Sequence record: OM362897.1
Strand: one strand, 5' to 3'
DNA length: 64,000 nucleotides
DNA from: Escherichia phage SKA64
In this document: positions 38,084-48,898 of the stretch, one piece after another
Numbering within the stretch: the first letter of the stretch is position 1
How the letters are laid out: each line of letters begins with the position of its first letter
Notes under the pieces: model-generated
Told to the model about the DNA's origin: nothing
Seen by the model: the letters and a program-made list of their open reading frames with translations, nothing else
The model's database searches: none
Translations under genes and position numbers: made by a program

Positions 38084-39571
38084 TTACACTCCATACTCGT
38101 AAGAAATGTTATCAAGGTCAAAAGAAGGGACAACATTATAAGCAGGAACTATATTATTCTCTGTATATTTACTGTCATCCTCAGTATTAAGTTTAACATA
38201 AACACGAAGAGAAGTCAAGCGTCCAAAAGCAAGTGCTGCATAAATAACACCTTTGATTTGATCGTTCGTTACTGAAGAACCTAACTCAAAGTAAGCTTGC
38301 AGGTTTTGTAAAGCTTCTACGATGTTTTGTTTTTCTGTTCCACTTAAAGTTGTTCCGTTGACAGTTTGATAAACAAGTTTTACGGAATACGTAGCAGAAG
38401 CACCAGGAGAAAAACGAATAATTTCTTGTCCTCCGTCTTCTGTTGTAACAGTTATGTTGGTTGTTCCATGTGTCAAACTGTTGATTGGTTTAGTTTTGTA
38501 AATAACTTCAGCAACTTCTTCAGCACTCCCTCCATAAACTATAGTCTGGAAAGTCATAGCTGGAGCATGTTCTTGATCATGTAACGTAGGGTTATCATAA
38601 ATCTTCACCTTAGTAACACCATCTGTAAGTAGCAGAGCTTTCACAATAGCTGCTCGTGTCCCTGCGTTAGCTTCATCAACGTTGTCATTGAAACGAGAGC
38701 GGAATTCTGCGTCTGTCTCAACATCTCGACCAGGAGAAAATGAATAGAAGTTACCACTGTCAAGATAACCTGTAAAGGTAGAAGATATCCCTGTAATAGA
38801 CTCCACACCAACAGGATTGTATCCTTTCTCTGCTGCAACTACCGGAATCTCACTCCACTTGGTTCCAACCGGAACACTAGCATAAAATTTAATGGGAGTT
38901 ACCAGTCCCACTGGCGTATCACTGGTTAAAGAAGTAAAACCAACTGATAAGTTACCCGAATCAGAAAATACAAGACTACGATCAGCTTCTGTTAAATTCG
39001 CCTTGATAAAAGTTTCAAGATCTGTTATAAATGTAGAAGAACCAGGTGCAAGTGTTTTACTGTTTAGTCCTCCGTCTACCGCACTTTGTGCATAAAAAGT
39101 AATATTTGGAACACCTGTAGCAGTTGCATTAGCACGAGAGATTTGATAAGCTGCAATCTTAGCATTCAACATAGTTGGTGTGCTAACATAGTAGTTCATA
39201 TCACTATCAGAGTTGAAGTAAATATCCGTGCCTAACTCATAAGTCCAAGCTGCTTTGTTATTACTCTTAACATAGGCATAACCTGTACTTGCTGCTGCCC
39301 CTGCTCGATAGAAACCGCGTTTAGAAAAGATTTCGTCAAGATAAATACCTTCTGCACCATCCAGTGTTTGAGTATTATAAACCCCTTGCATACCTTCCCA
39401 CAATGTGTAATCTGTGTATGCAATTATTCTAAACAGTTGTCCGATCACAGTATCTTCCGAAGTGGCTGCATCTGCACCAAATGTGTTTTTTACTGCTGTC
39501 ATGTAGTTGTTTAAAACATCGTCAAAAGTCGGGATTACAAATCCCGCATCTGTCAAACCATATTCGTCCAT
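38084..39571 (-). CDS. baseplate wedge-like structural protein (495 aa)
   Basis: Size and position. Confidence 0.35.
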   Translation of the reverse strand: MDEYGLTDAGFVIPTFDDVLNNYMTAVKNTFGADAATSEDTVIGQLFRIIAYTDYTLWEGMQGVYNTQTLDGAEGIYLDEIFSKRGFYRAGAAASTGYAYVKSNNKAAWTYELGTDIYFNSDSDMNYYVSTPTMLNAKIAAYQISRANATATGVPNITFYAQSAVDGGLNSKTLAPGSSTFITDLETFIKANLTEADRSLVFSDSGNLSVGFTSLTSDTPVGLVTPIKFYASVPVGTKWSEIPVVAAEKGYNPVGVESITGISSTFTGYLDSGNFYSFSPGRDVETDAEFRSRFNDNVDEANAGTRAAIVKALLLTDGVTKVKIYDNPTLHDQEHAPAMTFQTIVYGGSAEEVAEVIYKTKPINSLTHGTTNITVTTEDGGQEIIRFSPGASATYSVKLVYQTVNGTTLSGTEKQNIVEALQNLQAYFELGSSVTNDQIKGVIYAALAFGRLTSLRVYVKLNTEDDSKYTENNIVPAYNVVPSFDLDNISYEYGV

Positions 39572-39813
39572 TAGTCATCCTCTTTGGTAGATTGTGATCT
39601 GCCCCAGCGTAAATCAATAAGATTTTTCATGAGGCGAGAAGGAGTTATCATGAAAACAAAAGCCCAACCCATCCATTCAGGAATTTCTTTTTCTATTCCT
39701 AAAAAGATAAACATGCCTGTCATAACCGACATGCCTACAGCGTTCCAGACTTTCGTAGAACTGACTTTATTATCAGGATATGTACAGAACATACCTATTA
39801 AAAATTTTCTCAT
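39571..39813 (-). CDS. small membrane protein (80 aa)
   Basis: Two hydrophobic segments and charged C-terminus. Confidence 0.4.
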   Translation of the reverse strand: MRKFLIGMFCTYPDNKVSSTKVWNAVGMSVMTGMFIFLGIEKEIPEWMGWAFVFMITPSRLMKNLIDLRWGRSQSTKEDD

Positions 39814-40154
39814 AGTGCGTTCTCATTACTTTTTAAATCACGATATACAGCTAATTCCCCAAGGTCTACAGAACCCGCTGAATGCACAAGTACAGCAGCA
39901 CTAAGACTAATGGCAGTAGTACCTGGGGCAATATCAGCAGGTAGGGAATACGCCCTTTGCGTCTCCTTATCATAGATAACCTTATACCCACCCAAATCCA
40001 CACCAATCTGGACAATGGTGTACGCGATAGCTGCAACGTAGAACCATTCGTTCAGTGTAAATCCGAAGAAGAACCGACTGGCACCATCAGCCGCAGCGGT
40101 CCCGACGATAGGAGAGGCTTTAAGGATCTCATTCTTGAAGTCTAACTCAATCAT
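39810..40154 (-). CDS. hypothetical membrane protein (114 aa)
   Basis: Hydrophobic central region. Confidence 0.4.
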   Translation of the reverse strand: MIELDFKNEILKASPIVGTAAADGASRFFFGFTLNEWFYVAAIAYTIVQIGVDLGGYKVIYDKETQRAYSLPADIAPGTTAISLSAAVLVHSAGSVDLGELAVYRDLKSNENAL

Positions 40155-40201
40155 AAAAACTCCAGTTTAAAGCGGGTCGTCCTTGACCCAAAGTTGTTAC
40201 C

Positions 40202-42751
40202 CTACGTTCGTGAGAACCCAAAGTTGGCTTCCATTTCCACCAGATAAGTACCAGCAGTACGCTTGAACACACCGATTTTACCTGAAGTCACCGCAGTGGT
40301 GTATAAAGGTGTCGCAATGACTCTGCCATCATCTGTTACAATTGTAAATGAGTAGCGACCGCTAGCGTCTGTGTAGACCCACACAGTAAACCCGACACCA
40401 ACGAAGTTAGTGGTCGTAATATCACCGAGTAAAGTCCAGTCAGTTGGTTCAGCGCCCATCCATGTACCAATGGCCATTCTGCCATCACTTGCTACACCAA
40501 CAAGAACAGCGGTCCCAGACAGCGAGTCCCAGTTCAGTGCAACGTAGGTGTTTAGGCCAAGACCAGACTTGACGTATACTCTGCCTACCAGTGTTTGTTG
40601 GTTAATATAAGCATCAGACGTCATTGCCCCAGCAGAGCCAGAGAATACGTTAGACAGCACATGGTCATCAAACTGGTTCCCGTCAGAGATAAAGCTAGTT
40701 GGAGCACTAGACTGGGAGATTGCTAAACGTGTCATCGGAATGTTGATACCATCGGTTCGCACACTGCCAAACTTGAGAGCGGGATACCATACATTTGGTA
40801 ACTGACCGCCATTAATTATGGTTATAAGATTTAACCCCTTACGCAGGCGTCCAGCATAAGTTGTAAGGGTCTTAGATCCTCCAAGATATGATGAGGCCAG
40901 CTTACCTACAGCAAATTTAGCGTATGAGTTTATTTTAGTATTCCTTTCAGAATATGATGGGTCAGATTCATTCAGCTCGATGCCAGCAGGTGCAATAACC
41001 CTTAAGTGGTTGTAATCCCCAACCTTACCTGCACCACTCCAAGGCTCCAGCACTGTCAGTGTCATATCCTCCTCCTCACACCATACAAACGTGTTGAATG
41101 TAATATTCTCACCATTTGTTGGTGCCAGAGGTATATATCCAAAGGTATTCAGCTTCGGAGTACCACTAGCTTTATGGTAATGAGGACGGAGGTGATTCTG
41201 TGATGGATAAGTCACGGCATCCCAATAGTTCTCTACCACTGACGTGTTCATCATATCACCCGGACGTACACGGCGAACGTACTTCTCACCAATGGTCTGC
41301 ATGAACATGGAGCCACCCATAACCCTCTGTCCCAACTCTTGTGGGTGAGTAGTATCGTACTGAGGTTCCTTCTTCACGTAGTAATAATCCATGCCTTGCA
41401 TGTTGATGTTAGACATCTCGGTAAGGTCTGGACCTAAGTTGAAGTAGTCGATACCCAATGTCTCGCACATCTGACGCTTGGTAGCTCCCTCGAAACCAAT
41501 ACGCGACCAGTCGTTGTCGTTAACAGTCACGATACCAACCGTGCATCCATAACCCCATGCCTTGCGTACAAACATGTCAATCTGATCTCGGTATGTCGCC
41601 ATGTCCTGACTTGAGTCATTCCACCCCATCGCTAAGAGACAGACGCGAGGTGCTTTGGCCCCATATCGAATGTTACCGAAGAACCCTCGGTCAAAGTTAC
41701 GGTATCCCCACCCATCGGATAACTTAGCTCCTGATAGAGACGCGTTATAAACTTGGAAGATAGCCTCACTAGACCAGCGTGACTGGACCGTGTTCATAAG
41801 CCACTGCCAGTGAGCACACCAAGAGTGTGAACCTCCAGCCAGACTGTGGTTGTAGTCTATCGGAGCAGCCAAGTCTCGATTGGAATCCAGAGGAGGGGAA
41901 CTCCAGTTCTGTTTACCCCAAGCACCGTCAGTGATGGAGTCACCAACAATGCCAATAGTACCATCTTCATACCTTTGAGAACGAACAGCTTCTAATAGAA
42001 CGGATTTAACAGAACGTCCATTACCATTGGTTGCCTTCTCTACGTCAAACAGCATGTCACCACCGTAGAACTGGTTCTTGACGATAAGTTTACCTTCGCC
42101 AACGAACTTACGGACATCATCATCAGGCAGCAGGTTTACACGGATAGTTACATCACGAGGGATGTAAATCTTACCGGCAAACGCATAGGCTGCAGCACGG
42201 TTATCAACCGAAGTGTTAAAGTTGATGTTCGGTACATAATAGACGGACTCAGCTCCTTCGAACTTGAAGCGTCCCCTCAGCATTTCTGTACGCAACGTTG
42301 CATCACCAACATTAACCCACGCGCCTAATCCAATTCCACCAGTGCTATCTGGAGTTGAACCAGCAGCTACTGTTTTGGGAAATTCGCCCCCCCACGTATA
42401 GCATTGACCGCCAGCAATGTGCCAAACAGCATCTGTTGCCTTAGTGACTGTAGCCCCTTCTTCAAAACTACCATCAACAAGAGTTAACCCAGCCTCGGCA
42501 AGACTACGACGCCACTGTTCACGATCATTAAGAAGATTGTTATTCAACTCTTCCTGAACAGTATTACCATTTGAGGATTGTATTAAATCTGCTCCATCTG
42601 TATCTTTCAACTGGGTGGCTAAAACCACCCCAGTGTCAGTAAGAAAGTTGGAAACTGTGCTTTTAACAGTTTTATCAGGTTGATCTAAAACCAGGTAATC
42701 TGAACCATTAACTTTTGATGTTTCGGGTAAATTAGTAATTGTAGTTGACAT
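40202..42751 (-). CDS. tailspike protein with SGNH/GDSL esterase domain
   Basis: GIVGDSITDGAWG (GDS block I) and downstream DTTHPQ (DxxH block V); N-terminal anchor region. Confidence 0.6.
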   Translation of the reverse strand: MSTTITNLPETSKVNGSDYLVLDQPDKTVKSTVSNFLTDTGVVLATQLKDTDGADLIQSSNGNTVQEELNNNLLNDREQWRRSLAEAGLTLVDGSFEEGATVTKATDAVWHIAGGQCYTWGGEFPKTVAAGSTPDSTGGIGLGAWVNVGDATLRTEMLRGRFKFEGAESVYYVPNINFNTSVDNRAAAYAFAGKIYIPRDVTIRVNLLPDDDVRKFVGEGKLIVKNQFYGGDMLFDVEKATNGNGRSVKSVLLEAVRSQRYEDGTIGIVGDSITDGAWGKQNWSSPPLDSNRDLAAPIDYNHSLAGGSHSWCAHWQWLMNTVQSRWSSEAIFQVYNASLSGAKLSDGWGYRNFDRGFFGNIRYGAKAPRVCLLAMGWNDSSQDMATYRDQIDMFVRKAWGYGCTVGIVTVNDNDWSRIGFEGATKRQMCETLGIDYFNLGPDLTEMSNINMQGMDYYYVKKEPQYDTTHPQELGQRVMGGSMFMQTIGEKYVRRVRPGDMMNTSVVENYWDAVTYPSQNHLRPHYHKASGTPKLNTFGYIPLAPTNGENITFNTFVWCEEEDMTLTVLEPWSGAGKVGDYNHLRVIAPAGIELNESDPSYSERNTKINSYAKFAVGKLASSYLGGSKTLTTYAGRLRKGLNLITIINGGQLPNVWYPALKFGSVRTDGINIPMTRLAISQSSAPTSFISDGNQFDDHVLSNVFSGSAGAMTSDAYINQQTLVGRVYVKSGLGLNTYVALNWDSLSGTAVLVGVASDGRMAIGTWMGAEPTDWTLLGDITTTNFVGVGFTVWVYTDASGRYSFTIVTDDGRVIATPLYTTAVTSGKIGVFKRTAGTYLVEMEANFGFSRT

Positions 42752-42759
42752 TTTTACTC

Positions 42760-44913
42760 CTATATATAAAATTTTTGTGTTGTTACTAAATCTTCTCCAG
42801 ATTTAGTGGCTAATGTAATTCCACTTATGGTGGCAATCTCAACATTTACCTGTTTAAGAGTGATATCCTGTAAATAAACGTTCAAAGGCACGTTACCCAT
42901 ATAGAAAACTTGGGATTGAGAATTAACTACCGTGATAGAATCATGCATTATTTGAGGATAGGCCCATATATATTGTGTAAGTCCGTCAAACTTATTGGCG
43001 TTCAACACTATATTACCTATAATCATTTTCCAAAGATACGTGCGGTAGTTTGATTCAGGATCAAAGCCATACAAAGGTGCAAGAGTAGCATCTGGAACAA
43101 AACCTGCAAGATAGTGAATATCAGAATATTCAAAACCTAATTTTTCATGTGGTATGGTAATTGCATCAAATGCTTTCATCATTTTACCTTCCAGAAGCCA
43201 GTCGTAACACTCTGAACAGTAAAAATCAAAAGCTTCAGGAATGTAGTAATCAGACGGAAAGTTAACTTTCTCCATCAAACCGTTGCCGATAATCGATGGT
43301 AAGAACGGAAGCAATGTTACTTTAGCTCCTGGGTAAGTTGCTCTAGTATCTGTTGCAAACTTTGTAACTCTTAATCCTAGTTTACGAGACAAAAACGCAT
43401 AGTATTCGTCAAACGGCGTTCCTGTTTTATAATTATCTATTGTTCCTGCATCTTGTGCAAATAAGCCAGTTTCTGTGTTGAATGCCAGTTTGGTAGTGTA
43501 ATCGTATATGCAAGGCATTTTACTTGCTGTATTATACCACCACCAAGGTTCACCAATTTGAATGACGACTGGAATGTTATTAGCTTGAGAAATAGATGCT
43601 ATTTTGTTAATAACATTTTGCAAATATTCCATGCCTTCGTCAATAGTTGGAGACAACACGTAACTAGGAGGCTTATACCCTGTTGCTGCAAGAGCATCGT
43701 TCCAATCATGCTGGACCCATTCAACAGGACAAACTGTGCTCATCAACTCAAAACTCAAAGAGTTCATTATTGTGTAGCCATTTTCATTAGCTATAGAATG
43801 GAAACTGTTAAGCCAAGCTTCTGTAGCCGGATTCAGGAAAACAGATCTATTTAAAGCCCAAGATGTTCCGTTCCATGAGAACTCATAATAGTGAGACATT
43901 CCGTTGTAATGGTTAATCATTCCACGATAACCTAGTGCATATGTATTATAAATAACTCTCTCTGGAGTCAGGTTATACATATCATCATAAGATGTGCACA
44001 TGCGAATATCATGTTCAGGCTGGACAAGGTTGCTGACTTTCATCATACTGTAACCAGAAGTAGGTTCAAGAAGAGTGAAAGTAAACCAAGCCTCTTGACT
44101 GGCAATAGGTACAATCTCTTCTATTTCTTCATACCTTGCTGTAATCAAAGAGAAGAAAATATTATCTACAGCATTCATATCCAAAGGAATATCATTATTA
44201 GGGCCAGAAAAGATATTACCAAAATCTAACTTTATTGTGGCTGTTTTACCATCTTCTGAAATATCTGAAGCGTAGAATCCTAAACTGACATAATGAACAC
44301 TTTTATCCAGGAGAGTTACAGTCAAAGTCGGCACCAAAGGTTCTTCTTTAAAACCTGGCATGTTTTGACTAATTTCCATTTTAAACCAAAGTTTCTCTGA
44401 ACTTAAATCTGTGTGAGGCAAATACCCAACACCTTTATGGTCATATTTGTCAACTGTGCTCCAGATAACCCCTGCCAAACCTGCTGTTGTTCTGTTTACA
44501 AATCTTGCAGTAAAAGAGTCTCCATGAGATACAATAGAACAACTTTCCGTTGCTTGAGAATCTATTGTCCAATACATAGGAGAGAACATTTTAACGTCTT
44601 TTGTAGTCCAAGTTATTGGAGTAGTATTTTCTTGGATAGTAGTTATAATACAATTGATGGTTGTTTCAACCATCATGTTATTTTGACTAATCCCTGAAAC
44701 TTGGAGGGAGAAGTTAAGATCTATTGAGTTCTTTGGTCGTTCAAATACTTCAACCACAATAGTAGCAGAATCAGCATCATCAGGGAACACAAGTGTTCCC
44801 GATTTTGCAATATAATCTCTACCAGCGACTGCTGTTCCGTCAACAGTCGTGTAGTTAAATGAACTCGCATTTACTCTCTTGTCTCGCGTGACAGTAAATA
44901 TAGCTTGTTTCAT
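42760..44913 (-). CDS. large tail-associated protein (717 aa)
   Basis: Size and position between baseplate and tailspike genes. Confidence 0.45.
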   Translation of the reverse strand: MKQAIFTVTRDKRVNASSFNYTTVDGTAVAGRDYIAKSGTLVFPDDADSATIVVEVFERPKNSIDLNFSLQVSGISQNNMMVETTINCIITTIQENTTPITWTTKDVKMFSPMYWTIDSQATESCSIVSHGDSFTARFVNRTTAGLAGVIWSTVDKYDHKGVGYLPHTDLSSEKLWFKMEISQNMPGFKEEPLVPTLTVTLLDKSVHYVSLGFYASDISEDGKTATIKLDFGNIFSGPNNDIPLDMNAVDNIFFSLITARYEEIEEIVPIASQEAWFTFTLLEPTSGYSMMKVSNLVQPEHDIRMCTSYDDMYNLTPERVIYNTYALGYRGMINHYNGMSHYYEFSWNGTSWALNRSVFLNPATEAWLNSFHSIANENGYTIMNSLSFELMSTVCPVEWVQHDWNDALAATGYKPPSYVLSPTIDEGMEYLQNVINKIASISQANNIPVVIQIGEPWWWYNTASKMPCIYDYTTKLAFNTETGLFAQDAGTIDNYKTGTPFDEYYAFLSRKLGLRVTKFATDTRATYPGAKVTLLPFLPSIIGNGLMEKVNFPSDYYIPEAFDFYCSECYDWLLEGKMMKAFDAITIPHEKLGFEYSDIHYLAGFVPDATLAPLYGFDPESNYRTYLWKMIIGNIVLNANKFDGLTQYIWAYPQIMHDSITVVNSQSQVFYMGNVPLNVYLQDITLKQVNVEIATISGITLATKSGEDLVTTQKFYI

Positions 44914-44921
44914 TTTACCCC

Positions 44922-47798
44922 TTACTCGGTAACGTCCACACTAATGTTTGCCATTGTCAAAACAGTAAGTGCAGGAATATTGCTCGAATCCAAAACAGGT
45001 AATGCATTTTGGGGATTAAGTTTTTTGTATAAAGCATACAACCCAAAACCACGTAACAACTCTCCAGCGTGGAAGCCAAAGAAGACTCCGTTATCACTGT
45101 CTGGTCTAGGAGCAGCACTCCAACAACCATTCATAACGTGATTAGGACCAAGAACAATATAGTTTTCCTGAATAAGTTCAAAACAGCGGTCTGCTACTAT
45201 TTTAATGTTAGGAATTTCTGAATCATATCCAGCCATCCCCATTATAGCACATCCCGCCATAAAGAGCGCAGACATGTGACTTGTAAAGTCATCTACAGGT
45301 GCAGCCACTTCTCCGTTGGGATAAAATATTGTTGGTGTTCTTCCTTCGTTGTTATCTTGGAACCACTTCAGGTAGTTGATCCAGTTTTTACAAACTGTTA
45401 AAAGTTTTTCAGGAACTTCGGCTCCTCGTCGCTTTAGTTCGTATACCGTATGACACGCACAGAAGAATGCTCGTGCTTCATAACCATCCCAAGCTTTATC
45501 GTTCCAATGATACATTGTGAACTCATTTTTGTTTCCATATTTATGAGCATCCCAACGATCCCAAACATAAGCTTGTGCCATTGGCCCAGGCATTACAGGG
45601 GCAAACTTATTATAAAACCACATTTGTGAATCATATAAAAAGTCTATACTGTTGTTCATACGAACCCAGTCAATATCTCTCCCTTTAAAACAATATAAGG
45701 ATGGGTATTGATAACCTGGGTAAGGAATACCACGCCAACCGTCATATAATGCTGTGTTAGGATCACTAATATTGGAAAATGGAATGATTCCTGGAGTATA
45801 ATTCAAACTGTCAAGTTTGTAGTCCAGTATTGTACAATCTCCAAGTTTTGCTGTATAAGGATTTTCAGATGAAACTGTAACCCTGAAATACATTGTGTAA
45901 TCATCGCCAGCGGCTGAAGAATACAAAGATGGGATATCGTTAACGCAATAAAAGTCGATTGCCCCTGTCAAGCCATTTGCAGGTTCAGAATCCAATGCAA
46001 TATTGATCTGATCAACAGCAGTCAGGTTTATTGACGAAGGTTTTGCCTCTGTGTCTTCGTGATTAGGTTGCCAAGTACTTAATTTGAAATCGGCAGGACT
46101 TAAAGCTTTAGTAACCCATGCAGAATTTGTTTTTTCTAACATGGCCCACCATCTCCAACCTGCGGAATCCGTAATAGTGATGTTAAAATCATCTGCGTAT
46201 GAACGATACGTAATAGATTTTAAATTGGCTGTTTTAGTTGGTGTTAACCAAAACCCAACAGTAAAACCACCATCTGAATCCATATTAGCAGAAACTATCT
46301 GATCACTATTTGTCCCAGCAATACCAGTTGCATATTTATATTGTATCACAGTATTGCTTCCCCAGTCAACAATAATTCTGGGTTCAGCAATAATATATAC
46401 ACCACCTCCAGGAGGTTCGGTGCGCATAAAACTAGATAAAGGTATATCCATCTTAGTCATATTAGCTGCACCAAGAGGTAAGCCACAACGATATGTCACT
46501 GTGTCTGTTTCACTCTTAGTTTTGCTTAATTCTAGCTCTGGACGGAAAAGAACACCTTCCCCTGCATCATCTACACCTTGAAACTCAATACGCAGTTTTG
46601 AATTCTGATCTACTCTGAACCAAACTGCCTGTTGTTCTAGAGTTGTTTGTGCTGAAACATCTTGGCGAATTACTGTGTATCCTAATTCGTCACGAGAATA
46701 TTTAGGTATTGCTGTAGATGGGTATGAGTAATCATACGAGATACCATCTGTAAAAGGAATTATTGCTGTCGTAGATCTACGGAAGAATTTATCAAACATA
46801 TCGATGTTTGAGTAGTCTTGACACAACAATAAAGAAGATTGCCAGCAAAGCCAGTATTTTCTCTCTCCTGTGATCTGATACATCAAGTAGTTTGCATCAC
46901 ACCACCACGTTTCAGCATCGGAAGCATTGTCTTGATAACCTAACTCTACCGGAACGTTTACAGGACGGTTATGCCACATCTCATTACGCTTAAGCAGATA
47001 TCCACCGTGTTCTACAGGGTTGCATGTAGCGTAGTTGAATTTATAGTCACCGTTCACAGAAGCGTTTTTAAGTTGCACTGTTCCATATTCTGCAAAGCTA
47101 TGCCCAGTGGATAAAATATTACCATCCCAATCAACTTTACGTCCTAGACGATCTATAATCCATTCAACGTCCCACTGATCTCCATATTCTTTCCAGTTGG
47201 TTGAACCATCTGGGTTAGTTGCATACACTGTTGCGTTAACAGAGTTCCAACCAAGATTACCATTGAAAGCAAACCAAGCTTTATCTAAGTATTCTCCCCA
47301 ATGTGGCGCACCTTTAGGAATAACAGTCCTTCCGTTAATCCAAGTCATCATGCTACCTTTGAACCCGCCGTGCGTAGGATACCCATCATCTGTGAGAGGG
47401 TAATGTGCTAAACGTGGTTCTTTACCATTGATGATCCAATTGGGACGATATTTAGCTGGAGGATCAGGAATAGGTTGGCCCCCGAAGAAGTGATCTATAT
47501 AGGCTTGCCAATACTTCTCGGCAGATTCAAGATATTTTTTATCCCCTGTAGCCAAATATGCATAAGCAAAACCAGTGATAAGCACAGATTGACCTTCGGT
47601 AGTAGCGTCACCGTTTGGTTGCCCTTCCTGCGCTGTCCAGTTAATAAAGTGTCTGTTGTTCGCCAATACGTTTTGTGGGTTGATAATGTAATGCTGAACC
47701 GTAGGATCTATGGTAAGCCCAGTATTTCTTTCCAAAAACTGAACCAACCCTTCAATCAACTGAAACGTGTTGTCAATATTGTGCTTAACTCTTGACAT
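44922..47798 (-). CDS. large tail-associated protein (958 aa), possibly polysaccharide-degrading
   Basis: Trp/Tyr/Asp-rich composition; no catalytic motif assigned. Confidence 0.45.
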   Translation of the reverse strand: MSRVKHNIDNTFQLIEGLVQFLERNTGLTIDPTVQHYIINPQNVLANNRHFINWTAQEGQPNGDATTEGQSVLITGFAYAYLATGDKKYLESAEKYWQAYIDHFFGGQPIPDPPAKYRPNWIINGKEPRLAHYPLTDDGYPTHGGFKGSMMTWINGRTVIPKGAPHWGEYLDKAWFAFNGNLGWNSVNATVYATNPDGSTNWKEYGDQWDVEWIIDRLGRKVDWDGNILSTGHSFAEYGTVQLKNASVNGDYKFNYATCNPVEHGGYLLKRNEMWHNRPVNVPVELGYQDNASDAETWWCDANYLMYQITGERKYWLCWQSSLLLCQDYSNIDMFDKFFRRSTTAIIPFTDGISYDYSYPSTAIPKYSRDELGYTVIRQDVSAQTTLEQQAVWFRVDQNSKLRIEFQGVDDAGEGVLFRPELELSKTKSETDTVTYRCGLPLGAANMTKMDIPLSSFMRTEPPGGGVYIIAEPRIIVDWGSNTVIQYKYATGIAGTNSDQIVSANMDSDGGFTVGFWLTPTKTANLKSITYRSYADDFNITITDSAGWRWWAMLEKTNSAWVTKALSPADFKLSTWQPNHEDTEAKPSSINLTAVDQINIALDSEPANGLTGAIDFYCVNDIPSLYSSAAGDDYTMYFRVTVSSENPYTAKLGDCTILDYKLDSLNYTPGIIPFSNISDPNTALYDGWRGIPYPGYQYPSLYCFKGRDIDWVRMNNSIDFLYDSQMWFYNKFAPVMPGPMAQAYVWDRWDAHKYGNKNEFTMYHWNDKAWDGYEARAFFCACHTVYELKRRGAEVPEKLLTVCKNWINYLKWFQDNNEGRTPTIFYPNGEVAAPVDDFTSHMSALFMAGCAIMGMAGYDSEIPNIKIVADRCFELIQENYIVLGPNHVMNGCWSAAPRPDSDNGVFFGFHAGELLRGFGLYALYKKLNPQNALPVLDSSNIPALTVLTMANISVDVTE

Positions 47799-48271
47799 TA
47801 AATAACTCCTGCTAAAACTAAGCTACCTGTCCAAGTTGCTCCATTATCATAACTGATAAACTCAAAAGTGTCTGTTGCACCTTGACGATAACTCAAAACT
47901 GGGGGGCGACCAAAACTCCATTTTACAGAAGAAGGCCATACGACTTTATTTGCACCACTTCCTTGACGCAAAGCTAAAGTAAAGTTTAAAACTGCATTTG
48001 TTGCTACTGGAATATTAGTAAAACTAATTGTGCACGTTGCAGAAGATAAAGTTGCAGAAAAATATTCTGCTGAACTAATATCTAATGCCAAGGTGCTAGT
48101 TACTGTTCCCCGTGCATTCAGACGGTTTCTAGTTACCCCTGCACCACTCAACAGCACTTTCAAAGAAGTTTTCTTTGTTATTCCAGCCTGATCTGTTACA
48201 AAGAAATCTGTATCAGACACAGAGGTTGTTTGTGTAAGATCAGAAATTTTGATCGTAGTTAAATCTGCCAT
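47798..48271 (-). CDS. baseplate protein (157 aa)
   Basis: Position; overlapping start/stop. Confidence 0.4.
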   Translation of the reverse strand: MADLTTIKISDLTQTTSVSDTDFFVTDQAGITKKTSLKVLLSGAGVTRNRLNARGTVTSTLALDISSAEYFSATLSSATCTISFTNIPVATNAVLNFTLALRQGSGANKVVWPSSVKWSFGRPPVLSYRQGATDTFEFISYDNGATWTGSLVLAGVI

Positions 48272-48897
48272 TACTCTTCTACTCCTGTCATAGCTGTTAT
48301 ACCGAAGTCATTGTTTGTAGCTAATGCATCACCTTTTTCGTTAACCATGATTCTTTCCACTGCTGACTCTGTAGACCATTCATTCCACCAAGTAGAGTAG
48401 GTATCACGTGGCAAACCAACAAAGTTGATAAAGCGATAAAGTCTATTCGAATTCTCAACAATACTGTAAGCTTCACAAATGATCGCTGCATTGTCTTCAC
48501 CAGCTTCAGGGTAAATAAACTCTTCAGAAGGTTGAGTATTGAATATAGATGTTACTGTATCTGCTCCAACTGTGACCATAACTGTCATTGAGTAATAACG
48601 TTGGTCCATATCATAAGCAGATTTATAACTGTTTATTGTATCTACGTAAACGTTTTTGGCAATCTCTGCTAAAAATATTCTATCTACAATATCTTTCTTT
48701 CTGGCAACACCAATAATCTCTTGTAAATAAGGAACACCGAAGTTAGTATTTAAAAACCACTCTCCACGATACGTGTTCAGAGTTATCCCAAGAGTTTGTG
48801 CTGCAATTTCTGTTCTGGTTGTGGTAAGGACCAAATCCCCATCGTCCATGATGAGGTCGTTGTTTGGTCCAAGTTTTAAGTCAAAAGGGATTCCCAT
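48271..48897 (-). CDS. baseplate protein (208 aa)
   Basis: Position. Confidence 0.4.
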   Translation of the reverse strand: MGIPFDLKLGPNNDLIMDDGDLVLTTTRTEIAAQTLGITLNTYRGEWFLNTNFGVPYLQEIIGVARKKDIVDRIFLAEIAKNVYVDTINSYKSAYDMDQRYYSMTVMVTVGADTVTSIFNTQPSEEFIYPEAGEDNAAIICEAYSIVENSNRLYRFINFVGLPRDTYSTWWNEWSTESAVERIMVNEKGDALATNNDFGITAMTGVEE

Positions 48898-48898
48898 G

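Noticed and set aside
39571-40154. Two small membrane proteins inside the tail gene block as a holin/antiholin pair
   Set aside because: Position among structural genes and lack of a nearby endolysin make a lysis role speculative; kept as hypothetical membrane proteins.
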